From NCBI RefSeq assembly GCF_006345805.1, contig NC_042999.1, positions 163,866,001-163,930,000 on the forward strand: 64,000 nucleotides of DNA, in the 5' to 3' direction. Of the stretch, positions 1 to 13,869 are shown one piece after another. Within the stretch, counting starts at the first letter, position 1, and every line of letters starts with the position of its first letter. The position numbers and the translations under genes were made by a program. The notes below the pieces were generated by a model. It saw only the letters and a list, made by a program, of their open reading frames with translations. It was not told the DNA's origin and made no database searches. This stretch comes from Octopus sinensis. Taxonomy: Eukaryota.

Positions 1-1876
1 AACAAAGTAGCACCAACAATCATAAAATTCATAGAGCACTCTATGAATAAATGGCAAACAGTCCTACACCTCCAAACAAAAGAGGGACTCATGAAAACCA
101 AAGACATCCCCATTAGAAGAGGAATATTCCAGGGAGACACGCTCTCTCCACTCCTTTTCTGCTTGGCACTGTCACCTCTATCTGATATGCTAAATAGAAC
201 TGGATGCGGATATAAATGTTACGGCAAAACGATCAGCCACCTTTTATATATGGATGACCTAAAACTATACGCTGCAAATGACAAACAGCTGGAAACACTA
301 TTAAAAACAGTTCATGGATTTACCAAGAAATAGATATGAATTTGGATTAGAAAAATGCGCCAAAGTAACCATGAAAAGAGGAAAACTAGTTAAGAGTAAC
401 AACATCACACTAGATAAAACCAATGAAATAAAAGAATTAGACCAAAGCCAAACTTACAAATACTTAGGAATCCATGAACTAGATAAGACACAACACCACA
501 AATGAAAGAGAAAATAAAAAAAGAATATTATAGACGAGTTAGATCAATACTAAAAACAGAGCTCAATGCTAAAAAGACAAGATAATTGGTATCAACACTT
601 TAGCTGTCCCAGTTATAAGTTACAGCTACAATATCCTTAACTGGACACGAAATGAACTGACCAAAATAGATAGGAAAACAAGAAAAATAATGACAGGATC
701 TAGGATGCATCACCCAAAAACTGACATAGAAAGACTATATATACAACGTATAGAAGGTGGTAGAGGCCTTATACAGCTGGAAAACTACTATAAAATAACC
801 ACCATAGGACTGCAAAAATATCTACTTAGCGGCAAAACACGAGCAAAACAAAATGTATATTCTCAGTATTTAAGGAAGCTGACAAATACAAACAAGAAAT
901 CATACCACCTAATAAACATGAAGAAGAAGAAGAAGATGAAGAAACAACAAAAGCTATAAAACAAATGAAATCCAAACTAAAAATAGAACAGCAACGAACC
1001 ATGATAAAACGATGGCAAGAAAAGCCCCTTCATGGTAAATACTGGACTAAACTAAACGCAAAAGAAATAGACAAAGAAAAATCCCAGCAATGGTTGAGAA
1101 GCTCAGGACTCAAAGCAGAAACAGAGGGATTTTTAATTGCAGCACAAGACCAAAGCCTCCCCACCAGAAATTACCAAAAACATGTAATGAAAAGAAATAT
1201 TACAAGTAACTGCAGAATATGTGGAGATGGACAAGAAACAATAAATCATATTATCTCTAGCTGCCCAGTCCTGGCTAAGAAGGAATATATTCACAGACAT
1301 GACAGAGTTGGAACCTACATGCATTGGAAGCTATGCCAACATTATGGAATAACAACAGAAAAAGATGGTATAGGCACACACCAGAAAAGGTCACAGAAAA
1401 CGAGAAAGCAACCATACTCTGGGATATGCCGATACACACAGATAGAGAAATTAAGGCCAACAGACCAGATATAGTTGTCAGAGATCATGAAGAAAAAAAA
1501 TGCTTTCTAATTGATGTATCAATACCGGCTGATGACAACGTGTCTCTAAAAGAAATGGAGAAACTTTCAAAATACAAAGACCTGGAAATAGAGGTAACTA
1601 GAATGTGGAATCTGAAAACAGAAACAATTCCTATCATAGTAGGTGCATTAGGCATGATAAAAAAATATTCAGACAAATACATAACAAAAACACCAGGACT
1701 TACAAACACATATAACATACAGAAAATTGCACTACTAGGCACTGCACACATCCTACGCAGAACACTTTCCATACAATAACCATCAGAGCATCACAACAAA
1801 TCACAGCACATACCCAAGGCACACAGAGCTGCGCTCGGTAGTGAAGTGAAAGCACGCTATAAAAATAAAACTACTG
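1..1876 (+). mobile_element. R4/Dong-like non-LTR retrotransposon, family A, copy 1 (cut by window edge; frameshifted RT-CCHC-RLE)
   Basis: RT motifs GIFQGDTLSPLLF and HLLYMDDLKLY; CCHC finger CRICGDGQETINHIISSC; RLE motifs RPDIV, IDVSIP, KYKDL; stop at 1777-1779, about 100 bp 3' UTR, then (TAA)n. Confidence 0.93.
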
Positions 1877-1913
1877 AATAGTAATAATAATAATAATAGT
1901 AATAATAATAATA

Positions 1914-1980
<67 letters not shown>

Positions 1981-1989
1981 TGATAATAA
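1877..1989 (+). repeat. (TAA)n tail/target tract of family A copy 1
   Basis: Nearly pure TAA run directly after the 3' UTR; it abuts the tail of an antisense SINE. Confidence 0.95.
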
Positions 1990-3320
1990 CGGTTTCAAAT
2001 TTGGCTTGAGGTCAGCAGTTTATGAGAGAGGATAAGTCGATTTCATCCACTCCAGTCCTCAACTGGTACTTATTTTGTCGACCCCGAAGGGGACAAAAGG
2101 CAAAGATGACCTCAGTGTTTTATAAACTCAGAAGATTAAGAGCCGTAAGAAATGTCACTAAGCATTAAGTTCGACCATCTTCATTTATGATTTTCGATTT
2201 AGGTACAAGGCGAGTAATTCTGCACTGAGTGGGAGTAGTCAACACATCGACGCGAGTATATGACTGGTATTTTACTCTATTAACACTGGCGGGTAGAAAG
2301 ACCAAGTTGACGTTGGCGTGATGTGAACTGAAACTCAGAAGAAATACCGCATCTTCTTCTGCCCACTAACTCACTGTTCTGGCGAGCTGGCAGAATCATT
2401 AGCGCACCGGATGAAATGCTCTGTGACATTTCTTCCGGCTCTTTTCAAATACTGCAGATATCAACTTCAACTTCCATCCTTTCGGGGTCAATAAAATAAA
2501 GTACCAGTTGAGTACTGGGTCGATGTGCTCGGCTAGCACCCTCACCCAGCAAAATTTCAGGCTTGTGCATACAGTAGAAAGAATATTTTGGTATATGGCT
2601 AGCAATTTTGATCTCGGCGTGATTTGAACTCCGTACTCAGAGTCGAAAGAAATACCATCCGACATTTTGACTGAATAGATGTTGTATACTGAGTTTAAAA
2701 CAGAAACAACGAATAGAAAGGTCTGAGGAATGATACTGGTTTCAAATTTTGGCACAAAGCCAGCAATTTCAGTGGAGGAGCGAAGTAGATTACATCAACC
2801 CGATTGCTCAACTGGTACTTATTTTATTGACCCCAAAATCATGAAAGGTAAAGTGGACCCTGGCGGAATTTGAACTCAGAACAAACGAAATGATGCTAAG
2901 CATTTTGTCTGGCGTGCTAACGATTCTGCCAGTTCCTCACCTTTGTCTAAGGAATAATATTAGTGAGAACACAAAAGCCAATGATATCAGAAAACTAGCG
3001 CATCTGTTTTATATGGGCCTGCTTTTGTATCGTGTGTGTTGTACTTGTGCATCTATAAGGTGTTTGTATTGTACGAGTGTGACGTTGTATGGTAAGTGTA
3101 TTGTATGAGCGTCTGGATGATGTTTGTTGCACGTGTGTTTCGATATATTTGTGTTATCCGTATTTCGTCTGTGTTTACATTCTGAGTTCCGTCGAGATCG
3201 ACTTTACCTTTCATCCTTTCCGGGTCGATAAATTAAGTATCAGTTACGTACTGGGATCGATCTAATCGACTGGCCCCCTCCCCCAAAATTTCGGGCCTTG
3301 TGCCTAATGTAGAAAAGAAT
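1990..3320. mobile_element. Cluster of at least five tRNA-derived SINE1 copies or fragments in both orientations
   Basis: Repeated blocks GGCGAGCTGGCAGAATC (A-box-like), GAGTTCAAATTCCGCC (B-box-like) and TTTCATCCTTTCGGGGTCGATAAA; approximate copies 1990-2176(-), 2195-2350(-), 2380-2585(+), 2735-2945(-), 3155-3320(+). Confidence 0.8.
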
Positions 3321-4654
3321 GTATCTGTTATGTTTGTCTTTGCATATGGTCTGTAAGTAGTATGAATGTATCTTTGTGTAACGTGTGTGACTAGCACTTT
3401 GTTTTTGTATGCTCTGTATTGTGTGCGTGCTTTCGAGTTTTAAGTTCACGAATATAAACCTCGTCTTCTTGTCGCGAATCGCAAACAAATCGGAGTAGTT
3501 GATCCTATTCACCTTCAATCGTTCATGACAAGATAATTTGAAATAAGAACAGAACATTTAAGGAAAATATGGTATTTGTTTCTAACTTGATGGAATTTTT
3601 GTACGCTTCAAAGCTTCAAATCAATATAAAGACGGCTCTTGATTGGTCATAAATATTTGAAAATTGTCAGCGAGATGCAGATGGAAACAAACTATTTTCT
3701 ACAAGAAAAATGCAAAACTATAAATAAAAGAGTCGAAAATCCACAATGACAAACTCTCTATTGACTCATATGAATACTGAATTAGAATGTCTCGGTGGTT
3801 TTACTTATTCAGTCAATGCTTAGAAATTTCATAAGAGAACTCTCAGAAGAGGCAGCAGACATCAATCTCATTTACTCGTACTTCACATGGTTATAGCTTA
3901 TAAACACTTGAATAAGTATTATACAGATGTATACGAAACGAAGGAAAGCGAGAGCTCTATGTGGGCGGCCGTTATGCTAGATATAACAGCTAAATCTACT
4001 TCAGATCATACTCTACTGTTTTAAAAATTGAAACGACGCATGAATTATGTCGTTCTAGATGTACTGTCTTATAAAAACAAGGGTCGGTTATAGTTGGGAT
4101 GCCTTTGATTACACGTTTGCTGTAAGAACAAAAGCAACATTTAAACACGAGCTCTGCACTTAAGTTCTGCGTAATAACTCCTGCGGACGTGTAAGAAGAG
4201 TTCAATTTAGCTACAATAGACAGGACGTGTTTACGCAAAGCAAACATTTTCACCATTCTTTATAATGACTACTGCAAACACAAATATCACTTTAAGCTAA
4301 TAAACAGATTTACTTTCTCAGAAATCTTCATAGAGGGAGATAAGCCATTCTATCCTGTAAGCAGAACAATACTCTATTTCTAAACCGTTTATCAAAATAC
4401 AAATTCTTAAGGGATCAAACAGTTCCAGATTACATTGTGAAGTCTTTGAATAATAATAGAATTACTTATTTACTTGGCAGGAAATAATACAATATATTCC
4501 AGTCCCTTTCCTATTTTGTCATTTCTTCATTCGTTCCTTTTCATTTCGTTTCTCTCTTTCTCTATCTCTTTTTCTTTCCCTCTCTTTTCCTCCCCCTCTC
4601 GCGTGTGTATCTGTATTTATCGCCTGTGTGTGGTGTGTGCGTGTATGTGTATAT

Positions 4655-4670
4655 ACATATATATGCATAC

Positions 4671-4742
<72 letters not shown>

Positions 4743-4839
4743 GGAGAGATACGTACATACACATATAAACACATATATATACACATACATAAATATATAT
4801 ATTTTTACACACACATATGTGTATATATATATATATATA

Positions 4840-4917
<78 letters not shown>

Positions 4918-4925
4918 ATATGTGA
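4655..4925. repeat. Compound (TA)n(GA)n(CA)n microsatellite
   Basis: Read directly; source of several spurious ORFs. Confidence 0.95.
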
Positions 4926-5009
4926 GTGTATTTATGTATATATTATATCGCAGTATCGACCAGAATATCGCTGAACACAATGCGCATCGCATTGTTTTAG
5001 CTTTCTAAT

Positions 5010-5220
5010 GACGCCACCCCGCTGGTTAGGCGAGCATGACCACAATTCCCTTGATCGGAAAGCTATTCCGGCAGAGGCCCACTTATTTACAGCTGAGTTG
5101 ACTGGACCAACGTGAAATGAAGTGTTTTGCTCCAGAACACAACACCCTGCCTGGTCCATGAATCGAACCCACGATCTAGCAATCGTGAGTGCAATGCTCT
5201 AACCACTAGGCCATGCACCT
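5010..5220 (-). mobile_element. tRNA-headed SINE4 with CORE-like body
   Basis: Minus strand TGGCCTAGTGGTTAG...GGGTTCGATTC (A/B boxes), then GTGTTGTGTTCTGGAGCAAAACACTTCATTTCACGTTGGTCCAGTCAACTCAGCTGTAAAT; second copy at 7690-7876. Confidence 0.7.
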
Positions 5221-5229
5221 TCACATTTA

Positions 5230-5430
<201 letters not shown>

Positions 5431-6224
5431 TATAGATTTCAATGAAAAGGCAACTTTCGAGATATTGGCAACCAAAAAGCAGATTATTTTGCTCGATATA
5501 GTTTTCGAAAGACACAATTCATCATATAGAAATATATAATATATAAATACAAAAAATATATCTAAAAAGCATATAAATATATAAATATAAAGCATATATC
5601 CGTATGAGATCGCTTGAAATTGTAAATCCGTTCTAAAACATAAAAAGGTTGAAGGTTAAATGTACACGGTCAGTGCAAAATCGAAAATATTAAAATGTTT
5701 GGGTAGCTCAAAAAAGGCGAATACTTAACTCCAGAGATCAAATTCATACATATTCTACGACCATTTCGTGTATTTTAGAATGGGTAACCTATTTGTACCC
5801 ATCTCGAATATATACATTTCCTTCATCAGGGATTATTTGAAATGTTAAAAAAACTATTTAAGAGATTTTAAAAGACTTCACACTTGAAGCAAGTATCCTA
5901 TATAACGATAAAAATTTGCTCAGATAACTATATCCTTAAAATCCTTAAAAAATGTTTTAGCCGTGTGTGTGTGTGTTGTTTCGAACTTGTGTGAAACAGT
6001 CTGGTTTTCACGTTTGTTTTTATTATGGTGTTTTAACAAAATTAGAGCTTTCATACATATATTTCAAATGTGTTTAACTGACAGTTGTGTTCTTGACAAC
6101 TTTAGTACCTCTTAGAACGCTCCAGCCAGCTGAATTTTTAGAATATTATTTTGATCAATCCGCATACTCTTAAACGTTACGGTTTGCCAGGTGCACTGAT
6201 ATTCGTTAATAAATGTTGTTGCGG

Positions 6225-6445
6225 AGATTTAGCAATTGAAGCCTTCCCATAGCATGCAGCTTGATGGAGCTCACGACGAATAGTTCTGGCTGTCACAGGG
6301 CTGGCAAGGTGATGGTTTTGTAGTGCTGTCACTTGCTGCCGTAGTGTGGTGGATTTTAGACACAGTACATTTTACTATTCTGCGACCCCTCTCTGTAGGC
6401 ATTGACTTTCGCCCAGCATAATGTCTGCCAGAGCTGGTTTTACCC
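6225..6445 (-). mobile_element. Degenerate Tc1/mariner transposase fragment (N-terminal DNA-binding region)
   Basis: Minus-strand frames GKTSSGRHYAGRKSMPTERGRRIVKCTVSKIHHTTAA and LASPVTARTIRRELHQAACYGKASIAKS resemble the Tc1 GRK / VSxxTVRRELH / GRAAIAKP pattern; frameshifted, no TIRs found. Confidence 0.7.
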
Positions 6446-7527
6446 TAGTTTTAGGATGCTAATATGATTTTAGTGAATATATGTCTCGAAAGATTAAGCA
6501 AATTTGTAGATTTTAGTGACTAAAATTCTAGCCATCCGCACTCCAACAATCTACCCTCTTTCAAAATCAGATATGTTATTTCAATACAGATATTTGCGAA
6601 AAAGAAGAACTGCGGTCTATACCACGAAGTACTAGGCATACATAATGCATAAAAATACATATACTTGAACCCATATAAACATAATAGAATAGTTCTGAAT
6701 TTGGCATATTGCCAATACAAAGTAAAAAGAGTTAAATATAAAGTGGTATTTCCATTATTATACACTCTCTCTCCCTCTCTCTCTCTCTCTCTCACATACA
6801 CACACATATACTTGCTGTATCTGAAGGAAAGAAAAGTGTTCATGGGCTTCGGACCTTGTACTTGACCGGTGAAGTATATGACATTAACATTCGAACCAGT
6901 GGAGTTACTGCCAAAAAGAGGATGAACTGGGAGAATTCAGTCCAAACAGTTGATGTTTTGAGAAGAAAGGTCTGGGCATAAGGATTAGCATGGAACCTGA
7001 GTGGATGAACAAACAATGGGGTTGATAAGAGAAAACGATCAGGTCAGGAATGACGAGTGGAGGTGGTTCAAATCGGCCACCCCCGAGGTGCAGAGATCAA
7101 TAGCGTATATATAAATACGTACGTACGTACGTACATACATACATACATACATACATACAGACAGACATACATACATACATACATACATACACACATACAT
7201 ACATGCATACATACAGACAGACAGACATATTATATATATATATATGCGTGTGTAAATGTGTGAATGTGTGTGTGCGCGTGCGTCGCTGTGCAGTGTTCAT
7301 TCTTGCAGTTTGCACTGAGTTCGAATCTCGCCGAGGTTAACTTATTGATAAACTGATTGTGATACTGGGACCATTTTCATTTGCCTAGCTTTTTCTTTTT
7401 CGAGAAGAAATCGGTTGTAATTAAATTTGGATAACGATTAGCTTCACCAGATTAAATACCCGGGACTTGCAGTATGTCACTGGGTGCCTCTACAACTCTA
7501 TCAACTGTTGAGGACCCAAGATTACAT

Positions 7528-7558
<31 letters not shown>

Positions 7559-7689
7559 GTATATATATCTGTGTCTGTGTGTGTATGTGTGTGTGTGTGT
7601 GTGCGCATGCGCTCGCATAAACACATCACTGCATCGACTAGACTATCGGTCACAAGTCTCTTCTTCGCATTCCTGTAGCCTTGGAGTGA

Positions 7690-7876
7690 TGCTAGGGGAG
7701 CAGACCAAAGTTCCACTTCAACGGAATGCCAGTCCATCGCAGAGCTAGCCATTTATAGGTGAGTGGATTGACGCAACGTGAAATGAAGTTTCTTGCTCAA
7801 GAACACAACGCACAACCAGTCGGGGACTAAAACCATAATCTTGCGAGCAACACCCTAGCCACCATGCCACATGCCT
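7690..7876 (-). mobile_element. SINE4 copy (degenerate)
   Basis: Shares CAACGTGAAATGAAGT...TTGCTC(C/A)AGAACACAAC with the 5010-5220 copy. Confidence 0.65.
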
Positions 7877-10800
7877 TCATACACACACGCAAGCACACAC
7901 ACAATATGTGTGTATGCGTATCTCCGTCTCTGTGAGTGCGTGTGCGTATGTGTGTGTTTGTGTGTGTGTGTGTATGATTTTAATGTGTATGTGCCACACA
8001 CTGTTATGTTTGTAGTTAAGATCATAGAGTCTATTTCGTTGTGTATGCTCACGCATACACACACACGGATAGGTACAAACAGATTTCCCACCCTCCCAAA
8101 CATAATATTTTAATGTATCTTAACAGAAGGCAGCCGGTGATAACCCAAGACTAGTGACGACCGTTGTGAGACAAAATGGCCTACAATGATCAAAACAGTT
8201 GTGATGTATATGCGCTGGGCTCAGTATGAAGGGACACAATTGTTTGGATGACTGTATCACGTGACAGCTGAATATTAGTCATTGTCTTGTGCAATGAGCG
8301 AACAGTTTCTTGAAAGATGATACCTACGATCTCGTTGTCGGAATAAAATCGAATGGAAGAGACGATGTGTTGTGTAGTTTTATTTTTATCCCAGCAATGA
8401 CCATCTTTTTTTTAGAGATTTTATTAAGAGTATCTTTATATAGAAAAATGCATTATTAAATGTATTGTTTCCAATATAAGGTAACAGTGAATGATTTGAG
8501 GGAGATGTTATTATGTCTAATTGTATATGTGCGCACACAGAGGATCTCTCGTTGGCTCATATGAACTCCTTTGTCTATCGTAGACATTAAGATAGTATTG
8601 ATTCACTTCCAGCCTCAGAATTAGAATCACCTCTATTCCAGTACTTTTGAAGCTTCTTTAGCACTTATTAGCCATCACAAACTTTCACGTATCTTTGTAG
8701 ACCTTTACTTGATTTCCTTTGTGAGTTTTCGCTAGGCTTCATTAAGCTTATGTGATCTTGGTAACGAAGTAATCAATTGTATGTACGCAGTGCTATATGA
8801 ATGTGCATGTGTTACATTGATAACGTTATGTAATTTAAGAGGTTGGCTGTGATTTGAAAGATATGTGGTTACTATTTCTAGCAGATCGAACAACTATGTT
8901 GAGGGCCCTTGTTGGCTCGTGTAGGCTCCCTCATTGGTCGTAAACATTAACACATCCGATTCACTTTCTGTTATATTATTATTTGCATTGCTAACAGAAT
9001 ATTTTACTCAATTTTTATTCATTTGATTTTTTTCGGTCAAGCGCTCATTAAAATTTTGAAAGATAAAAGTCGATTCTCTCTCTCGTGGAAGGCTTTGAAA
9101 AATGTTTCTATATCTAATTATACTTGAAATCGGGAAATATTGCTACAGAGTTTTGGAAATCGAATATCAGAACAAAAATATTTGCCTAAAAAAATACCCA
9201 CATTTAGAAAACTGGTGGGTTATTTGGTTCGTAATGACAAAGTATAAAAAGTAAACGTTGTTTTCTTTCTTTATTTCCATAAATAATTTATGTGATGAAA
9301 CTGGAAAATAACTATTCCCAATAGACTCGGTAGAGTTATTAATACTTAAACGATTCCTTTCCAAAATATTTTCTTTACGACTTATTTGTTGTAACGTTTA
9401 TCGTCTTAAACAGAGATAAGCCAAATCTTTTAGTTTCGATTTGTTGTTTGTAACTGAAATTTACTGCAGAAAACATATTTACTTAGCATTACTTAATATC
9501 CGAAGACAAAGAATATTATGAAAAGTTCAAATCTTACAGGCAACGTGGGTATTGAATTTTGCAACGGTTTACTTAACTTTACCTTTCTTGAGATCGAAGA
9601 AATAAAGTAACAGTCGGTAACTGAGTCGAACCTAATTAACTACATCCTTTGAAAATATTACCCTATAATGTATACTTACATCCATTTGCGTTCTGAGCTT
9701 AAATCTCACCAAAGTTAAACTGGCCTTTCATACTCCAGGAAGAAGAAATTAAATTATTAGTCAAGTGTTGTGGAGGGGGAGGATCTTAATCAACTATACT
9801 GTCTCCCCAAATCTGTGAATAATTTCAGAAAGCAATATTACACGTTTGAAGAGGGTGGTGGATTGAAAAATGGATGTATTTAGTTACATCTTTAAACATT
9901 TAACATTCAAATATCACCAGGTTATTACCTTTCATTCAGAATTAATATACTAATTAAATATCTGAGTCAATTTAATCGATAATATACTCCCCCACCCAAT
10001 TCGAAATTCAATGCCTATGTTAGAAGTCAATATGATGCATATGAAGGGTGGCAGATAAACATCTTGAATCAGTTTTGATTTACACTTGTAAACTATTTCA
10101 TTTCTCTTCATTTGGCCTATGGCACAGAAAATTGTAGGAAATTCAAGCTGCTTCATTTCTCTTTCTCTTGTAGTGAAACCTCAGCTGAGATTTAAACCCT
10201 AGCTCTTAAATTTATCCAGTCTAGAACCTCGAACTAATATATTTCCATGAAAAGAAAAGTGTCACCATAACAGTATTAACGCCTACGTAAAAAATAACTC
10301 GACCAGTCAGTGTTAGTTGACTTTTTATGACTGAACCAGCATTCTTCAATAGAAGTGTGCGATTTTTCCCGCCAAACGGTTTAACCGAAGATTCTAGAAG
10401 GATGGTTAACAGCTGTAAAAAGGCTGTCAAATTCAACTTCACTTGAGATTCGCTATGTCGTCTAGGAGAATCTGTCACTTGCCACAAGTTGTTATATCTC
10501 CCCTCTTTCACTTATAAGTAGCATACACATATTGTAGACGACTTAAGGCACTAACCTTTATTTATAGAGTCTAATAACACATTAATTTATGTAATGATTA
10601 TTTTTCATTGCATTACCTTCATTGTATTATCCAGCACATTATATACAGAAGATTTCTAACCGTCAAGTTCATTGAACATCCATCTTTTAATTTGTAAATA
10701 TAATGATATAACGATGCAGGTTAATCAAATATTTGGCCACTCAAACTTTAGAACGTATGACTGATCAACTCTAAACTCTACAAATCTGACATGCTTTGTC

Positions 10801-13192
10801 TTTGCAGAATATTCTTACCGCCAATAATCCACCGGCGGTTAAGTAAGGGGAAACCAAATGAAAAAATATTAAACCGCTAGCACATTTTTATGTAAGACAT
10901 CAAAATTAATATTAGATGATGGCTATAGTCTATTTTATTATCAACATGTACATGAGACAACTCTGACTGGCGTATTACATTTTTAAGGGTTTTCACCGAA
11001 GTATAGCATCTCTGAAGTTTTCCGAGGTATTCGTGAAATATAAGAAGTACTAACAGATTGAATTTAGTTTGGATGTCATCTGCTTGATAACTAGCCAGGT
11101 AGGCTGGTGAAAGCATATTCAATGATAAGATCATGAAGTACCCACAGTACATTCACATATGTTGTAACCCTCTCCAAATATCACTTGATAAATGATGCTT
11201 TTGTTGGTATGTAAGGGTGAAAACAAACAAACTCAGAACGAATTTTGTGCTTTTATATTCCAAAGGTTCACATAAGAAGTGTAACTTCACAGTAATTTGA
11301 TCGGAGTATTAGCGAAGATATCACAAAATATATTGAATTATACACTTGTTTAGCGTAAAATAAGAGAAATAATGACAGATCCAAGACAAATTTGATCTCC
11401 CCATATACCGAACCACGTTCTGGCCTGTCATGAATGATTTCTCAACATCCATGCAATATCAGACACTGACTAACCCATACATATGTTTCCTTTGTTTATG
11501 ATAATTACCAGCTGCTTAAAGTGTAAATCTTGCAAACTTCATCTCCACCTTCTTTTATATATCTTCGCTGTGGGTTTCCCGTTGAATTAATCACAGAAGC
11601 TAAAATAAGTGGTTTGTTAAGTACGCATAGATGACTACATGGTTTAAATCAAGGCGTGTTAAGGAGCAATGACATTTCTCTATTTTAACGTTGTTTATAA
11701 ATACCGAAGTAAATAAAAATTTAATATATAACTGTTTACTGGAATGCTTGCTATCAAGTCAGTAACAGGTAATGGCGGACTGTTCGATTTATATAAAGGC
11801 TAAAAGTCTCTGTGTGATATCAATTATGTAACAGAATTCTAAATAGCAGGAAGCAAAGTGCAGTTATAATTAACAGTGTGAGAAATATAATGAAATATAA
11901 CTGACTAGAGAGTTATATTAACAAATTCCATATCACAAATTATTGATTTAAATATCTAATTTATTTCACGTTGGTGTAATAAATAGAAGCATTTTCTTTT
12001 TCTCTCTACTTTTCTTTACCAGAGATGCTGAGGTTAAAGAGATTGGGGAAGGAGGGAAGCTGGGGTCGAGAAAAAGAGAGGAAAAAGAGAGAAGAGAGAA
12101 TGGCGAGTTGGAATTTCGTATCCTGTCATTGGTACTGGTCAATTAGGCCCATGATCAATATATTTAATTGTTGAAACTCCACCTGTAAGCCAACGATGCT
12201 TGACCTGCTGGAAATAATAGCTAATTTTCCCACAAATAAACTTTCATTTTATTAACCAGTCATCTGCCTTGTGATTCACATGTGATACACAAGATATAAA
12301 TACCTGGTGTCCATGCATCATATAAGATGCACATTTCTAATCTCTTTCTCCAGTCACCAGTGTAACTTGGTATTTATGAAAGGAAAACATTATATTACTC
12401 AGAACGTAAAAGTCCGAAACCAAAAGTCCGAAAACAAGCATGGACGTTTAGGACAAACTTATGAACATGCCTTGGACTTGCACAAGTTTAATAAAGGAAA
12501 GAGAAGCTGCTTAGTGTAGTTATAGATATATTCCTTGAATAAAACTGAGCATTATTATTTATATTGTAACGTCTTAATTCATTGATCTGCTGGCTCAGTG
12601 CTTGACTAAACAGTAAATATCAAGAGCAATTCAGTCCAGCGAATTTTATAAAGATAAGATATAGCGCATTACCCACCACCACCACCACCACCACCACCAC
12701 CACCACCACCACCACGCGTGTATGGAATTGGGTAAATAGAAACTGCATGAAAACCCATCGGTTCGATTGTACTTTTAATTTAAAGATACAGATTGTCACA
12801 CACATGGAAATTATGTCAAATGTACACGTATTAGGAAAATGTTCAGCCATTGACATTGAAAAAGGAAATTCAGTTGATCGAACAATTGAATAGTCATCGT
12901 TGAAAATGACGAAGACCCATTTTCAATTAGAATTGGTAGTAAATGCAGAAGGAGCAAACAGGGGATACAGTGTTGTGGAGAGTAATCTAGCTATAGCGTA
13001 TTGAGGGCGGAGATTTGTTTATCATGCAGATAACCTTTTCTTTATACAATTCAAAATCTCTACGTGTGTGTTTTGAACAATATTCCAGATGTGAAAACAG
13101 TACACAAGTTGTAAAGAATCTGATACTGTGGATAAAGTCAGCAGTACTTCGAGTCCTAACTACATTCTATCTCTCTGCCATATTCTTGACTA

Positions 13193-13230
<38 letters not shown>

Positions 13231-13529
13231 TATATATATAGGGGTTTATATGATTGTGTACAGAGGGATATATACTATTCAAAGGGATTCCAACTCTGCC
13301 TGTTTTTTATGTTTTATTTATATCCTTTATAATATTAATGTAGAATATAGAATATATAGTATAAATAGTATATATAGTGTAAAATGAAAGGAAGTATTGA
13401 TTGTCTTATTGAATAGATGAAATATTGAATATCAAATATTAAGGGACTAGTATACGTTCTTGCATTAAATCAGTCTTCAAAGTCCCAGGTTGTGACAGGA
13501 GTGTTTCAACTGTATACATATATATATAT

Positions 13530-13692
13530 ATACGTTGGTGTATTTACGTTCACGTAACAGAGCTGTTCGGCAAAAGGGATGATAGAATTAGCACCAGGCT
13601 TTACAAAAAATAATAAGTGCTGGGGCCCGATAAGTTCGAGACTAAAATTCCCCATGGCATTGCAATCTAATGACTGACACAAGTAAAAGATG
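13530..13692 (+). mobile_element. SINE2 3' body (degenerate)
   Basis: GTTGGTGTATTTACGTTCACGTAAC...GTTCGGCAAAAG...GATAGAATTAGCACCAGGCTT...ATGACTGACACAAGTAAAAGA matches copies at 26165-26465(-) and 36165-36300(+). Confidence 0.65.
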
Positions 13693-13869
13693 ATGATATA
13701 TGAAATATTGTGTTATGTGATTACGCAACATTTGTAGACTAAACGAACGTTTAAATTGCATCGTTGTCTTTTAGCTTCATATTGACATACAACTAAAGGC
13801 ATTTCAGTCGGGAAAATCCCATCATTTTTCAAGACATACAGTAAGCTATTAAGAAACACAGTATAATCA

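Noticed and set aside
1133-1772. Antisense ORFs over the LINE copies (also 50289-50927, 57904-58191 and others)
   Set aside because: Shadows of the A-rich sense ORF; their recurrence only reflects repeat copies.
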